Source of the DNA: Bacteroidota bacterium
GTDB taxonomy: Bacteria; Bacteroidota; Bacteroidia; Bacteroidales; FEN-979
Assembly (NCBI GenBank): GCA_026391735.1
Contig: JAPLDL010000025.1
Coordinates: forward strand, 3,164 to 67,163
Direction: 5' to 3'
Length of the DNA: 64,000 nt
Shown here: piece by piece, positions 1-9,109 of the stretch
How positions within the stretch are numbered: position 1 is the first letter of the stretch
Layout of the letters: the number at the start of each line of letters is the position of its first letter
Notes under the pieces: generated by a model
Databases searched by the model: none
Told to the model about the DNA's origin: nothing
Seen by the model: only the letters and a program-made list of their open reading frames with translations
Translations under genes and position numbers: made by a program

Positions 1-225
1 AAACTCAATAATATCCTTAAACTGTGATAGAAATTTGAGATCATTCTGGTAGTCGGCGAAAAAAGAGGTAATTCCCTGGGATGCAGTCTGTGCCAGTATT
101 AATTGTTCATTATTGAATTCATTGATAGTTCTGTCTTTTATGTCCTTATAAACCAAAAAGAAAAGAAAAATGAATAACACCAATACGATGGGTAAAAAGA
201 TATACCTCTTAGAGAATCTTAGCAT
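1..225 (-). CDS. Partial CDS (N-terminal 75 aa, continues beyond the window start): membrane-anchored sensor-type protein, possibly the periplasmic sensor part of a histidine kinase
   Basis: Hand translation of the reverse strand from ATG at 225 gives MLRFSKRYIFLPIVLVLFIFLFFLVYKDIKDRTINEFNNEQLILAQTASQGITSFFADYQNDLKFLSQFKDIIEF, open to the window edge. It has a basic N-terminus, one TM helix, then a segment typical of extracytoplasmic sensor domains. It is absent from the ORF track because it is truncated. Confidence 0.45.
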   Translation of the reverse strand, partial: MLRFSKRYIFLPIVLVLFIFLFFLVYKDIKDRTINEFNNEQLILAQTASQGITSFFADYQNDLKFLSQFKDIIEF

Positions 226-367
226 TATGAGCTTTATTTTACGTTCAATTTTTGATTACGAGGTCAGCCCCGTTTGGGATTCGTAAAGAAAATTAAGAAA
301 ATCATGCCATGGATAAATGTTATTACAAAATGGCTTGTATGATGCATAAGGGGGGGAAAGAACGATA

Positions 368-1159
368 TTATTTCATTATCGCCATATTTTCATCATCGAC
401 CTCCATATAGATGAAATTTCCGACGGTTTTCAAATATTCTTTGATACGGTCAGCTCCGGAATGCTTGGATTCCATCACGATCAGAAAATGAGGATGATTT
501 TTAATAAATTCCCTGCCGCCCTGAAGAACATCAATCTCCATTCCCTCAGCATCGATCTTAATCAAAACCTTATCATCCTGGCTGAAGTTCAGTGTTGAAA
601 GCACTGAATCAAGGGTCTTGATCTCGGCTTTTACAATAGTTGCTGTCTCCCCTTTGGTTTCAACATAATTAGTATTTATGGAAGCCATGTGTGATGCACC
701 GGTATTCTTTGATTCAAAAATGAAATCTTCTTCCGAATTTTTTGCCCCAAGACCGTATGGATGAGCAGTGATCATGTTTTCCAGTCCATTTCGCACGATA
801 TTCCCGAAAATTGATTTGCAATTTTCAGGTACAGGTTCAAAAGCCTGGCATTCGATCCCTTTCCTTGCCAGCAGAAAGCTGTATGTTCCAACATTGGCTC
901 CTACATCGAAAAACCTGTTGTATTCCTTGTAATGTTGCAGAATAAAACGTTTGACATTCCATTCATAGGCATAATTCAGGAACTGAAAATCAAGAGTTCC
1001 CTTTCGTGTCTCAAATGTGCCCAGACTGCTTTTATAGACCCTTCCCGGCGGATTCACTTTTTTGGTAACTACATACTGAATCGATGTCCAAAGAAAGTAG
1101 AATTCGCCATATTTCAAATAATCAGCCACATATCTTAAAAATATCCGGATTTTATTCAT
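368..1159 (-). CDS. FkbM family methyltransferase
   Basis: 263 aa ORF. It has the SAM-binding-like FDVGANVGTYS motif and the later IKIDAEGMEIDVLQG block typical of FkbM-type methyltransferases. Confidence 0.8.
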   Translation of the reverse strand: MNKIRIFLRYVADYLKYGEFYFLWTSIQYVVTKKVNPPGRVYKSSLGTFETRKGTLDFQFLNYAYEWNVKRFILQHYKEYNRFFDVGANVGTYSFLLARKGIECQAFEPVPENCKSIFGNIVRNGLENMITAHPYGLGAKNSEEDFIFESKNTGASHMASINTNYVETKGETATIVKAEIKTLDSVLSTLNFSQDDKVLIKIDAEGMEIDVLQGGREFIKNHPHFLIVMESKHSGADRIKEYLKTVGNFIYMEVDDENMAIMK

Positions 1160-1189
1160 GCTGGAAAGAATTGATTTGTAAATGATTTA

Positions 1190-1212
1190 TTTGCATACGC
1201 CATGCAAAGTTA
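1190..1212 (-). promoter_or_regulatory. Candidate -7 promoter box for the methyltransferase gene, overlapped by a perfect inverted repeat
   Basis: The minus strand reads TAACTTTG (1205-1212), matching the Bacteroides TAnnTTTG -7 consensus, 46 nt upstream of the ATG at 1159. The inverted repeat TTTGCAT-N5-ATGCAAA at 1190-1208 overlaps it and could be an operator. Confidence 0.3.
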
Positions 1213-1347
1213 GAATCCTAAATGAAAAAATAAAAATAAATCCAACTATTTATGAATGATAAAAGACCGGGACCCGAAAGATTTAGTGTTTATTGCGTTG
1301 TTTATAATTTTTTTATACCAGCAGGATTTCAAACTGTTATTTTTTTA

Positions 1348-1355
1348 TATCTTTG
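1348..1355 (+). promoter_or_regulatory. Candidate -7 promoter box (TATCTTTG) heading the leader or small ORF upstream of the HmuY-like/TonB operon
   Basis: Exact match to TAnnTTTG. TTTC lies 17 nt upstream at 1327-1330 as a weak -33 element. Confidence 0.35.
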
Positions 1356-1377
1356 TGCCCTGTGAAAAAATTATCAT

Positions 1378-1749
1378 TTGATGTTAGGTAGCCAAAGGAA
1401 TATTAAAATCTTTTCTGTTCTGTTCCACAGCCTGGCAATCGCTATTATTGTTTTCGGGTCCATCATCAACTTCCACCAGTACAAAATTTGGGGGAAGCCT
1501 TTGATTCCCCAATTTGTCGGGATCAAGCGGGATGTTGAAAAAGCAACCAAAATACTTCCTAACGGGAAATTAGTCCTTAAAAATAATTTCGAACAAACAT
1601 TTTCTTCTCAGGACGCTGCGGTCATACCTGCCGAGGTTATGCGTCACAACAGCGGACCTGCCTGCCTTATCACCCTGGATCTTTGTTTTAAGGGACCCGG
1701 GTTTCAGCATTTGTTGGCCTGTGGCCTGAGAGCACCCCCTCTTTCATAA
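1378..1749 (+). CDS. Hypothetical small protein with one N-terminal TM helix (doubtful; may be a non-coding leader instead)
   Basis: 123 aa ORF with TTG/ATG start about 20 nt after the candidate promoter. A hydrophobic segment IFSVLFHSLAIAIIVFGSIINF is present. No recognisable family, and the C-terminus (HLLACGLRAPPLS) looks odd. Confidence 0.25.
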   Translation: MMLGSQRNIKIFSVLFHSLAIAIIVFGSIINFHQYKIWGKPLIPQFVGIKRDVEKATKILPNGKLVLKNNFEQTFSSQDAAVIPAEVMRHNSGPACLITLDLCFKGPGFQHLLACGLRAPPLS

Positions 1750-1896
1750 TCCTGATTCGCCTGTTACTAAGCCTGTCCTGCATTCCGTTGCCTGGGTATG
1801 CCTTGTTAATACGTGAACTTGTCCCGTTCAGGAAAGATATCATCCGCCGAAACCGGCAAAATTCAATTCAATAATACATTTTTATACTAGTCAACA

Positions 1897-3177
1897 ATGA
1901 AAAAGAGTATTTACTTTCTTATGGTAATTGTCATTACATTAACAAACATCTGTTTTGAAAACTCTCTTAGGGCGCAGGGTTCGTTGTCTTCAGATACCCT
2001 GGTCATGGGAGCATCCTATACAAATGAGATTTATTACAGCTTGGCTAACGGGAAGATCCTGGCTTCGCCCCGAAATTCCTGGGATATAGCTTTCAGAACC
2101 AAAAAATTCAGTTCCAGCATTCTGACTAATGATGGTTTTGGAGTAGTACTTTATACTTATCCGAAGTCAGACACAAGCGGCTGGGCAAGTGTTGACACTT
2201 CAGGTTTGACTAACTGGACACCAATGTTCAATGATCCTAACGATTGGGAAAACGGCGCTTTCTCACGAAATGCCAAAGGCCATCCCGATTACGGATGGGC
2301 CATATATAATGATGTGACTCATGACCTCGTATCAGATTCTTTATTTATCATTAAGCTCAGGGACGGGTCTTTGAGGAAAATATGGATACAAAACAAACGT
2401 TCGGTCCAGGACATATACCATTTCAGGTTTGCCAACATTGACGGCAGCAGCGATCACACCGATACGCTCAATCTCGCAAATGACTTAGCAACCGACTTTG
2501 TAGGGTTCTCGCTTGAAACCAACCAGAGAGTTGACTTTCAGCCCCACCTGGCTGCCTGGGATATTTTATTTACAAAATACATGTCTATTCAACCCGGAGG
2601 TATTCCTTATCCTGTAATGGGTGTTCTGAATAATCCTGAAATTAAAAGCAAAAGGTTTAAACCTGTTCCACTAACATATGTAAACTGGGAAGTCAGCCCC
2701 TGGGATTCTCTCAAATCTTCAATAGGTTACAACTGGAAATTACTAAACAATCAAACTTATACATATACCATTGTTGATTCCCTGGTATTTTTTATCCAGC
2801 CAACCAATAAAGATGTTTACAAGTTTTATTTTACAAGCTTTGCCGGTGGCACTACAGGCGATTTAAGTTTTACGCAAGAGAAGGTATTATCTTTCGGTAT
2901 CAATGAAATAAGTCAATCCGGGTTAAATGTTAAAGTATATCCTAACCCGGTGAGGACAAGCATGAATCTTCTCGTTTCCGGCAAAACCGGGGACGAAATC
3001 CATATCGTTCTTTCAGATCTGTCGGGCAGACAACTTGGTGCAGATCATCCGGGCAGGCTTGCAGAGGGCCTTAATCTGTTTACGTTTGATGTTGCAGGGA
3101 TCACCCCTGGAGTGTATTTCGTGACTGCTTCAACCGCAGCAACGAGAGCAGTTGCGAAAGTGATCATCACCCGTTAA
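1897..3177 (+). CDS. HmuY-like domain protein with a T9SS C-terminal sorting domain
   Basis: Signal peptide is present. Two HmuY-like signatures are seen (WDIAFRTKKF ... YHFRFANIDG and WDILFTKYMS ... VYKFYFTSFAGG). The C-terminus VKVYPNPVRTSMNLLV...GVYFVTAS...AKVIITR matches the T9SS type A CTD pattern. The stop lies 1 nt before the receptor gene. Confidence 0.7.
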   Translation: MKKSIYFLMVIVITLTNICFENSLRAQGSLSSDTLVMGASYTNEIYYSLANGKILASPRNSWDIAFRTKKFSSSILTNDGFGVVLYTYPKSDTSGWASVDTSGLTNWTPMFNDPNDWENGAFSRNAKGHPDYGWAIYNDVTHDLVSDSLFIIKLRDGSLRKIWIQNKRSVQDIYHFRFANIDGSSDHTDTLNLANDLATDFVGFSLETNQRVDFQPHLAAWDILFTKYMSIQPGGIPYPVMGVLNNPEIKSKRFKPVPLTYVNWEVSPWDSLKSSIGYNWKLLNNQTYTYTIVDSLVFFIQPTNKDVYKFYFTSFAGGTTGDLSFTQEKVLSFGINEISQSGLNVKVYPNPVRTSMNLLVSGKTGDEIHIVLSDLSGRQLGADHPGRLAEGLNLFTFDVAGITPGVYFVTASTAATRAVAKVIITR

Positions 3178-3178
3178 C

Positions 3179-5410
3179 ATGAACAAAGGCCCTTTCAGCC
3201 TCCTGAATGGATTGATAATCTGTCTTCTGGCCATAGCATCAGCTCATGGCCAGAAGGCTTTTATTAAAGTCATTGATAAAAAAAATTCCGAACCTGTTGC
3301 TTACGCTCATGTATGTTTTGAAGGTCTGAAAACAGGCAAACCACAATACTCCCTTACTTCCATTGATGGAATAGTTACAAACGAAGTTCACGAACCGTCA
3401 AAAATTGTCGTGAGCTTCATGGGCTATACAACATTTAAAGATACTGTCAGGCCCGGGCAATCCGTTGAGATCAGGCTTATCCCATCAATTCTTAACATGA
3501 ATGAAGTGGTGGTAACAGCGCAGTACACTCCTGAGAAAGTTGATAAATCAATTTACCGCATTGAAGTCATCAATGCCAGGCAGATTGAGATGAAAGCGGC
3601 AACCAATATGTCTGATCTGCTTAAAAACCAGTCGGGGATGCAGGTTTCCCAGGATGGAGTACTTGGAACCAGCCTCAGGATCCAGGGGCTTTCGGGTCAG
3701 AACGTGAAATTTCTGCAGGATGGCGTTCCCATGATTGGCAGGATGAACGGTAACTTCGACCTGAACCAGATCAACCTTAACAATGTTGACCATGTCGAAC
3801 TTATCGAAGGTCCGATGTCGGTAATATATGGAAGCAACGCCCTGGCCGGTGTGATCAATGTCATCACTAAAGAAAATAAGACTTCCTTATTAAGCGCTAC
3901 CGCCAATACCTATTACGAAAGCGTTGGCGTATTCAATTTTGATGCATCAGTATCGGGTTGCCTGAAAAAGAATGGTTTCATGATAGACGGCGGAAGAAAT
4001 TTCTCCCCTGGCTATTCAGCAACCGATACAAGCCGTTCCAAAACGTTTAAGCCTCGAAGACAGTATTTCTTTGACGGATACTATACTTTTACGACAGGAG
4101 GCTTCAAGCTCAAACTGGGAGGCGATTACTTTAATGAGCTTCTGGAAGACAAGGGAGCATTACAGCCTGTATATTACATTAATGCTCTTGATAGCTATTT
4201 TACCACAATACGATACAGCACTAAGGCAGAAGTCTCCATCAAACTCCCACGCAATAAATTTATCAACCTGCTTGCTTCATATTCCTACTATGAAAGGCGC
4301 AAGCAGAAATATGACATGGAGCTTACCACTCTTGAAATGATTCCCATAACCAATTCTGATGGGCGTGACACAACCTCTATATCATCATGGATAGGCCGGG
4401 GAACTTTTGCTGTGAACAACCCCGATCACAAACTCAATTACCAGACAGGTATTGACATTGACGTTGAAACCGGGGCAGGGAAAAGAATCCTCGGACATAA
4501 CCAGCAGATCGGTGACTATGCTGCTTTTTTCAGCCTGAAATATGATCCGGTCAAATCCTTTTCTGTTCAACCTGGTGTCAGGTTTATTTATAATACGAAA
4601 TACAGTGCACCCATTGTTTATGCCCTTAGTGCCAAATGGAATATGTCATCTGACTGGAACCTGAGGTTTTCCTATGCCAGGGGATTCAGAGCACCTGACC
4701 TTAAAGAACTGTACCTGAATTTCCAGGATGTCAATCATGATGTGATCGGCAACCCGGATCTTAAAGCTGAGCAATCAAATAATTTCAACCTGGGATTAAA
4801 CTGGAATACCGAAAAAAGGAAAACTGCCTGGAATGCCGAAGTGAACGGATTTTATAATCTGATCAATAACGTCATACTTCTGGCGCCAACGGGAATCACA
4901 CCAAACCAGTATACTTATGTTAACCTTAGCAAGTATACGACCGCGGGAGGAACAGGAAGTTTAGGATTCAGTCTGTATCCCGAGCTGAAGCTGCTTCTTT
5001 CCATTTCTGAAACAGGTGTGACCGGAAGCCTGGATGAAGGGACAAAACCTGATCCCCTTCACTGGCTAACCGAGCTAAGCTGCTCAATCAATTTCAGCAT
5101 TTCAAAGCCAGGGCTGTCATTTGCTATGTATTACAAATACACAGGCACGGCTCCCCAGGTAGTTTTCAATGATAAAAGCCTTGCCTGGGGGTATGTCGAT
5201 CCCTATAACCTGATGGATATTACCGCCACGAAAGGATTCTGGGAGAACCGTATCAGGCTTTCGGCCGGCATTAAGAATCTGTTCAATGTCACAACTGTGC
5301 CTGCCAGCGGGATGGTGGGAACTCACGGTTCGGGAGGAGATGGAATGAATATCGCATGGGGAAGAACCTTTTTTATAAAATTCAGTTTCACATTCAACAA
5401 GTATAAATGA
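3179..5410 (+). CDS. TonB-dependent outer-membrane receptor (carboxypeptidase-regulatory-like N-domain, plug and barrel)
   Basis: 743 aa with a signal peptide. The N-terminal FIKVIDKKNSEPVAYAHV block looks CarbopepD_reg-like. Plug motifs are present (DLLKNQSGMQVSQDG, GPMSVIYGSNALAGVINVIT), and the C-terminal half is rich in beta-strands. Confidence 0.9.
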   Translation: MNKGPFSLLNGLIICLLAIASAHGQKAFIKVIDKKNSEPVAYAHVCFEGLKTGKPQYSLTSIDGIVTNEVHEPSKIVVSFMGYTTFKDTVRPGQSVEIRLIPSILNMNEVVVTAQYTPEKVDKSIYRIEVINARQIEMKAATNMSDLLKNQSGMQVSQDGVLGTSLRIQGLSGQNVKFLQDGVPMIGRMNGNFDLNQINLNNVDHVELIEGPMSVIYGSNALAGVINVITKENKTSLLSATANTYYESVGVFNFDASVSGCLKKNGFMIDGGRNFSPGYSATDTSRSKTFKPRRQYFFDGYYTFTTGGFKLKLGGDYFNELLEDKGALQPVYYINALDSYFTTIRYSTKAEVSIKLPRNKFINLLASYSYYERRKQKYDMELTTLEMIPITNSDGRDTTSISSWIGRGTFAVNNPDHKLNYQTGIDIDVETGAGKRILGHNQQIGDYAAFFSLKYDPVKSFSVQPGVRFIYNTKYSAPIVYALSAKWNMSSDWNLRFSYARGFRAPDLKELYLNFQDVNHDVIGNPDLKAEQSNNFNLGLNWNTEKRKTAWNAEVNGFYNLINNVILLAPTGITPNQYTYVNLSKYTTAGGTGSLGFSLYPELKLLLSISETGVTGSLDEGTKPDPLHWLTELSCSINFSISKPGLSFAMYYKYTGTAPQVVFNDKSLAWGYVDPYNLMDITATKGFWENRIRLSAGIKNLFNVTTVPASGMVGTHGSGGDGMNIAWGRTFFIKFSFTFNKYK

Positions 5411-6411
5411 AGAGATTATCCATTGCGGTATTGATTGTTCTGCTCAGTCTGAGTTTGAATTCCTGCTTTAAAAAGGACGCTATGGTACCTTTGCCTGAGC
5501 GTGGAAATGTTCTGACAGATACCATTGCAATGACTGCATCCTACTTGTACCAGATCTATTTCAGGCTGGATTCAGGATTGGTTGTCTCCAGGAATGAGCG
5601 GACAAAAAGCGATCTTGGGTTTGAATGCAGTCCGTCGGGGTATCACATCATTCTTAATGCGGCCGATTTCATGCGGATCGCCGATATGGGGATCAGGCCT
5701 TTTGGGGAGGCAGTTGATACGTCAGGGGCCAGGTGGAAATTTGACAAGTCGGATGGAAATCAGGATTCCATTGCTACCGGGCAGTGGTTTTCACTGGTGA
5801 ACGGGGATACGGTTTCAAACGGACATGTTTGGGTTCTGGACCTTGGAAGGGACACAGCCGGTTTGCACCTGGGGTTACGACAGCTTGTTTTTGACAGCCT
5901 TAAACATGGCATTTATTACCTAAGGTATTGCGGGATCAGGGGAGGAACTGTAAGCCCCGTTTCAGTACAAAAAGACCCTTCGGTGAACTACCTTTTTTAC
6001 GGGATCAGGTCAGGAGAGGGGGTAATACCCCTGGAACCTTCTAAAAGCCGGTATGACCTGCTATTCACCCAATACACCACACTGCTTTATACGAGTGAGG
6101 GCGCCGCTTACCCATACCTGGTCACGGGTGTTCTTTCAAACAGGAATGGAGTCAAAGTAGCTATCGATACTGTAAATTCATTTTCTTCAATTGATCTTTC
6201 TATTGCCCGGACCATGAATTATACCGACGCAATGGATGCAATAGGATACGACTGGAAGGTGTATAATTTTACAGCAGACTCATACACTGTAAGGACAAAC
6301 CTGGCTTACATCATCACAAATTCTCAAGGGTATTTTTACAAACTGAGGTTTGTAAGCTTTTACAGTGGGGGAGTGAAAGGTTATCCCATTATAGAGACCC
6401 AGCGGCTCTGA
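5407..6411 (+). CDS. HmuY-like lipoprotein
   Basis: Lipobox LSLNSC is present. HmuY-like blocks are YDLLFTQYTT and FYKLRFVSFYSGG. It overlaps the receptor gene by 4 nt (ATGA), implying co-translation. Confidence 0.7.
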   Translation: MKRLSIAVLIVLLSLSLNSCFKKDAMVPLPERGNVLTDTIAMTASYLYQIYFRLDSGLVVSRNERTKSDLGFECSPSGYHIILNAADFMRIADMGIRPFGEAVDTSGARWKFDKSDGNQDSIATGQWFSLVNGDTVSNGHVWVLDLGRDTAGLHLGLRQLVFDSLKHGIYYLRYCGIRGGTVSPVSVQKDPSVNYLFYGIRSGEGVIPLEPSKSRYDLLFTQYTTLLYTSEGAAYPYLVTGVLSNRNGVKVAIDTVNSFSSIDLSIARTMNYTDAMDAIGYDWKVYNFTADSYTVRTNLAYIITNSQGYFYKLRFVSFYSGGVKGYPIIETQRL

Positions 6412-6456
6412 TCATTGATCCTGCATAGAACACCGCTTCCAGTTGCTGCCCGATCG

Positions 6457-9075
6457 TCAGGGGAGCAGCTTAAGAAGGTCGCTACCAATGCCAATGCGGT
6501 AACCCTGGGAGAGATACAGAATTTCACCCTTCTCTGAAATGCAAGTTACAACAGGCAGTGATGATAAAGGATTCCCTCCTGAAGAGGCAGAAACCATCTG
6601 TATAACCTTTGAGGCAGGTACAAGACAGCAGGAGTGGGAAGGCATACTACCTGACGTAGAGGAAATAAAATCAGTCTCATCCTTTTCATTGATAAATAAA
6701 AAGAATATCCAGCACTTCTTTTTCTCAAACTCTTTCCGTCTTTCTTTGAGATCGGCAATAAAATGTTTAGTAGGTTCCTTCCCAGGTTCCAGCCAGGCCA
6801 GAACGAGGAACTCTTTTGCATGCTGGTCTGCCTGCGGTAAAACAGATTTTAAAGCATTGATATCCATTGTCCCAAATTTTGCAGTGGCAGGTTCTTTACG
6901 CAGAGTAATATCCTGCCTGGTTTCTTTTCCCTTTTCCAGGTTGAAAAAGTTGAGGTTCGCCAACACGGATCCATCCTTCAAACGATTCCCGGTAACCATA
7001 AGATAATATCCCGGGGCAAGGTCAAGCTCACATGGGAACGAAGCCAGTCGGGGATCGGTTTCATAATCCAGGGATCTGAAAAATCCGTTTTCAAACTTTT
7101 CAAGAGTATAATGGATATAATATTCCGGTTTCCGATCATTTTTAGTATCTGAATTCAGGATGAGCCTGACCCTCTCACCCTGGCTGGTTTTTTTTGGGTC
7201 AAACAAAACATCGTGCCATGAATTACCAAGATAATATTGAGGCAGGCGGGTCCCTGGCTCCAACCGAGCAGCAATACCAAGGCTTCGGCATACCGACACG
7301 AAGAAAATATCCCGTGAATGAGGATCCGCAACTTTTAATTCAAATACCCCGATAGGAGTTATTGGTGCCCTGCTGTAATTCGCTTTATTATCGATCAGAA
7401 TATTTGTTTTCACCCATTCGGCAAGGCTTCCCGGATCGGCCTGGAAACTTGCCCTTAACCGGTTGTCAAACTGGCTCTGAAAGAAAGATTTGTAAGGCTT
7501 TAACCATTCGTTGTCTACCCTGGGGTTTAAAAGGTACTTGATAAATATCTCCCGGTCTATACCAGGTATGCTATTATATATCGTACTGTTTATGTTGTCC
7601 ATTAGGACTTCAAAGCTGATATCCCTCAGGTCTTTCTCAGAAACAGCCCCCAAAAGAGGAAACAAAAAAGCTTTCCCTCGTCCAACGGCTGAACCTGCAA
7701 AATCAATTATCGCCCTGTAGTTTCCCCTGCTTTTCCTGAGAAAATACCATAGTGAATCAGCATTCAGTTTTAAGGTATTGGCAAGCCGGTATGCTTTTAC
7801 ACTGTCGATGAAAGTCATTTCGTAGGCCGTTCTGAGCTTATCTTCGAAATCAAGCCTTTTTGAATTGGCTGCTTTCATGGAGTCGGGGATCGCAAAAGCA
7901 ACTGGTTTTTCTGGAGGAGGAACAAGATCCAGCTGCATGTTGTATTCACCACCAGGTTTCGAAGAAAGCTCAAGGGCAATGCTATCTGTCGATTTTACGC
8001 TGATTTTCCTGAATGCATATTTCCCCGATTTCGCTGCCCAAATAATCAGGTCACCCAATCCGGTCCGAAAACTGCACAACCCCTTTGAATCAGTGTAAGT
8101 ACTGAGCAAGGGATAAAACTCTGCATAATTGTACAACTGGAATTCAACCATTGCGCTATCGGCAGGTTTTCCCGCTGAATCCCTGACCAGCACAATGATC
8201 CTCTTCGTTTCAGTATAATTTGAAAGAATGTTGATCCTGGTATATCGTTCGTCTTTGAGTAAAACATCCTCGGGCCCTTCATAATCGCCGAAAACATTCG
8301 TGTTTACCAGCATGGCTCTTTTTGCCGGGCCGGTAAACCATGCAGCATCTGGTACTGCCTCCGGTTCGCAGGCTCCAATGAAATGCCATTTGCCATTAAT
8401 CCAGACCTCTACCCAGGCATGATTGTCATCTGAATGGGCCCAGCGGGGGGTATAGCATTGTCTGGCAGGAATACAAACAGAGCGCAATGCTGCAACAGTG
8501 AATGTTGACTCTTCCCCGCAACGGCCATATGCCGTCATCACGCTGGCAAGGGGAGAAGAAGTTCTTTCATCACTCCCCCGGTATGTGACTTTTTCATGGC
8601 ACCAATGGTTGACTTCAAGTGCAGCTTCCAGCATGTTCATCTTTTTTATCCTGTCTTTAAGTTCCCCGAAAAAGACCATCCGTGATGAATCAAGGTTTTC
8701 ATTGTTTACCCTGACGGGAAGAACGAAATGCCGGAACAATTGATCCGGAATGGTTTTACCCCAGGAAAACGTATCCCTGGCTGCAAAAGAAGCCCTGATA
8801 TTCTCAAGAAAAAACTTACCGTCATAATCGGCAATATCGCTGAGCGAGGAGTACGCAAGAATGAACTTTAGGGCTTCGCTTTCTTGTAAAGACATCTTCT
8901 CTCCTGGAAGGCTGAACGCTTTATTCCACCTGCTCTTCCCGAGCTCTTTCTGCTTTTCAAACCGGGCTTCAACCTTCTCACGGCAAGCCTTGTCCTTGAT
9001 AAAGTGTTCACCCCTTTGGCAGGCGGTAAAGGTCAGGATAATACAAAGTGCATAAATCAAACTCAGGTTTTTCAT
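6457..9075 (-). CDS. Large lipoprotein with a transglutaminase-like (papain/PNGase fold) core
   Basis: 872 aa with lipobox LTFTAC. The transglutaminase-core signature is YGRCGEESTF...HAWVEVWINGKWHFIGACEPE (Cys, then His). It is the last gene of the co-directional glycan cluster. Confidence 0.8.
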   Translation of the reverse strand: MKNLSLIYALCIILTFTACQRGEHFIKDKACREKVEARFEKQKELGKSRWNKAFSLPGEKMSLQESEALKFILAYSSLSDIADYDGKFFLENIRASFAARDTFSWGKTIPDQLFRHFVLPVRVNNENLDSSRMVFFGELKDRIKKMNMLEAALEVNHWCHEKVTYRGSDERTSSPLASVMTAYGRCGEESTFTVAALRSVCIPARQCYTPRWAHSDDNHAWVEVWINGKWHFIGACEPEAVPDAAWFTGPAKRAMLVNTNVFGDYEGPEDVLLKDERYTRINILSNYTETKRIIVLVRDSAGKPADSAMVEFQLYNYAEFYPLLSTYTDSKGLCSFRTGLGDLIIWAAKSGKYAFRKISVKSTDSIALELSSKPGGEYNMQLDLVPPPEKPVAFAIPDSMKAANSKRLDFEDKLRTAYEMTFIDSVKAYRLANTLKLNADSLWYFLRKSRGNYRAIIDFAGSAVGRGKAFLFPLLGAVSEKDLRDISFEVLMDNINSTIYNSIPGIDREIFIKYLLNPRVDNEWLKPYKSFFQSQFDNRLRASFQADPGSLAEWVKTNILIDNKANYSRAPITPIGVFELKVADPHSRDIFFVSVCRSLGIAARLEPGTRLPQYYLGNSWHDVLFDPKKTSQGERVRLILNSDTKNDRKPEYYIHYTLEKFENGFFRSLDYETDPRLASFPCELDLAPGYYLMVTGNRLKDGSVLANLNFFNLEKGKETRQDITLRKEPATAKFGTMDINALKSVLPQADQHAKEFLVLAWLEPGKEPTKHFIADLKERRKEFEKKKCWIFFLFINEKDETDFISSTSGSMPSHSCCLVPASKVIQMVSASSGGNPLSSLPVVTCISEKGEILYLSQGYRIGIGSDLLKLLP

Positions 9076-9109
9076 AGAAAGGAATTAGTTGTGTTTATTA
9101 TCCAATCTT

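Noticed and set aside
350-356. G7 homopolymer between the methyltransferase stop and the sensor gene start, as a phase-variation tract.
   Set aside because: Seven bases is short for efficient slippage, and it lies in a plain intergenic spacer with no promoter element that I can tie to it.
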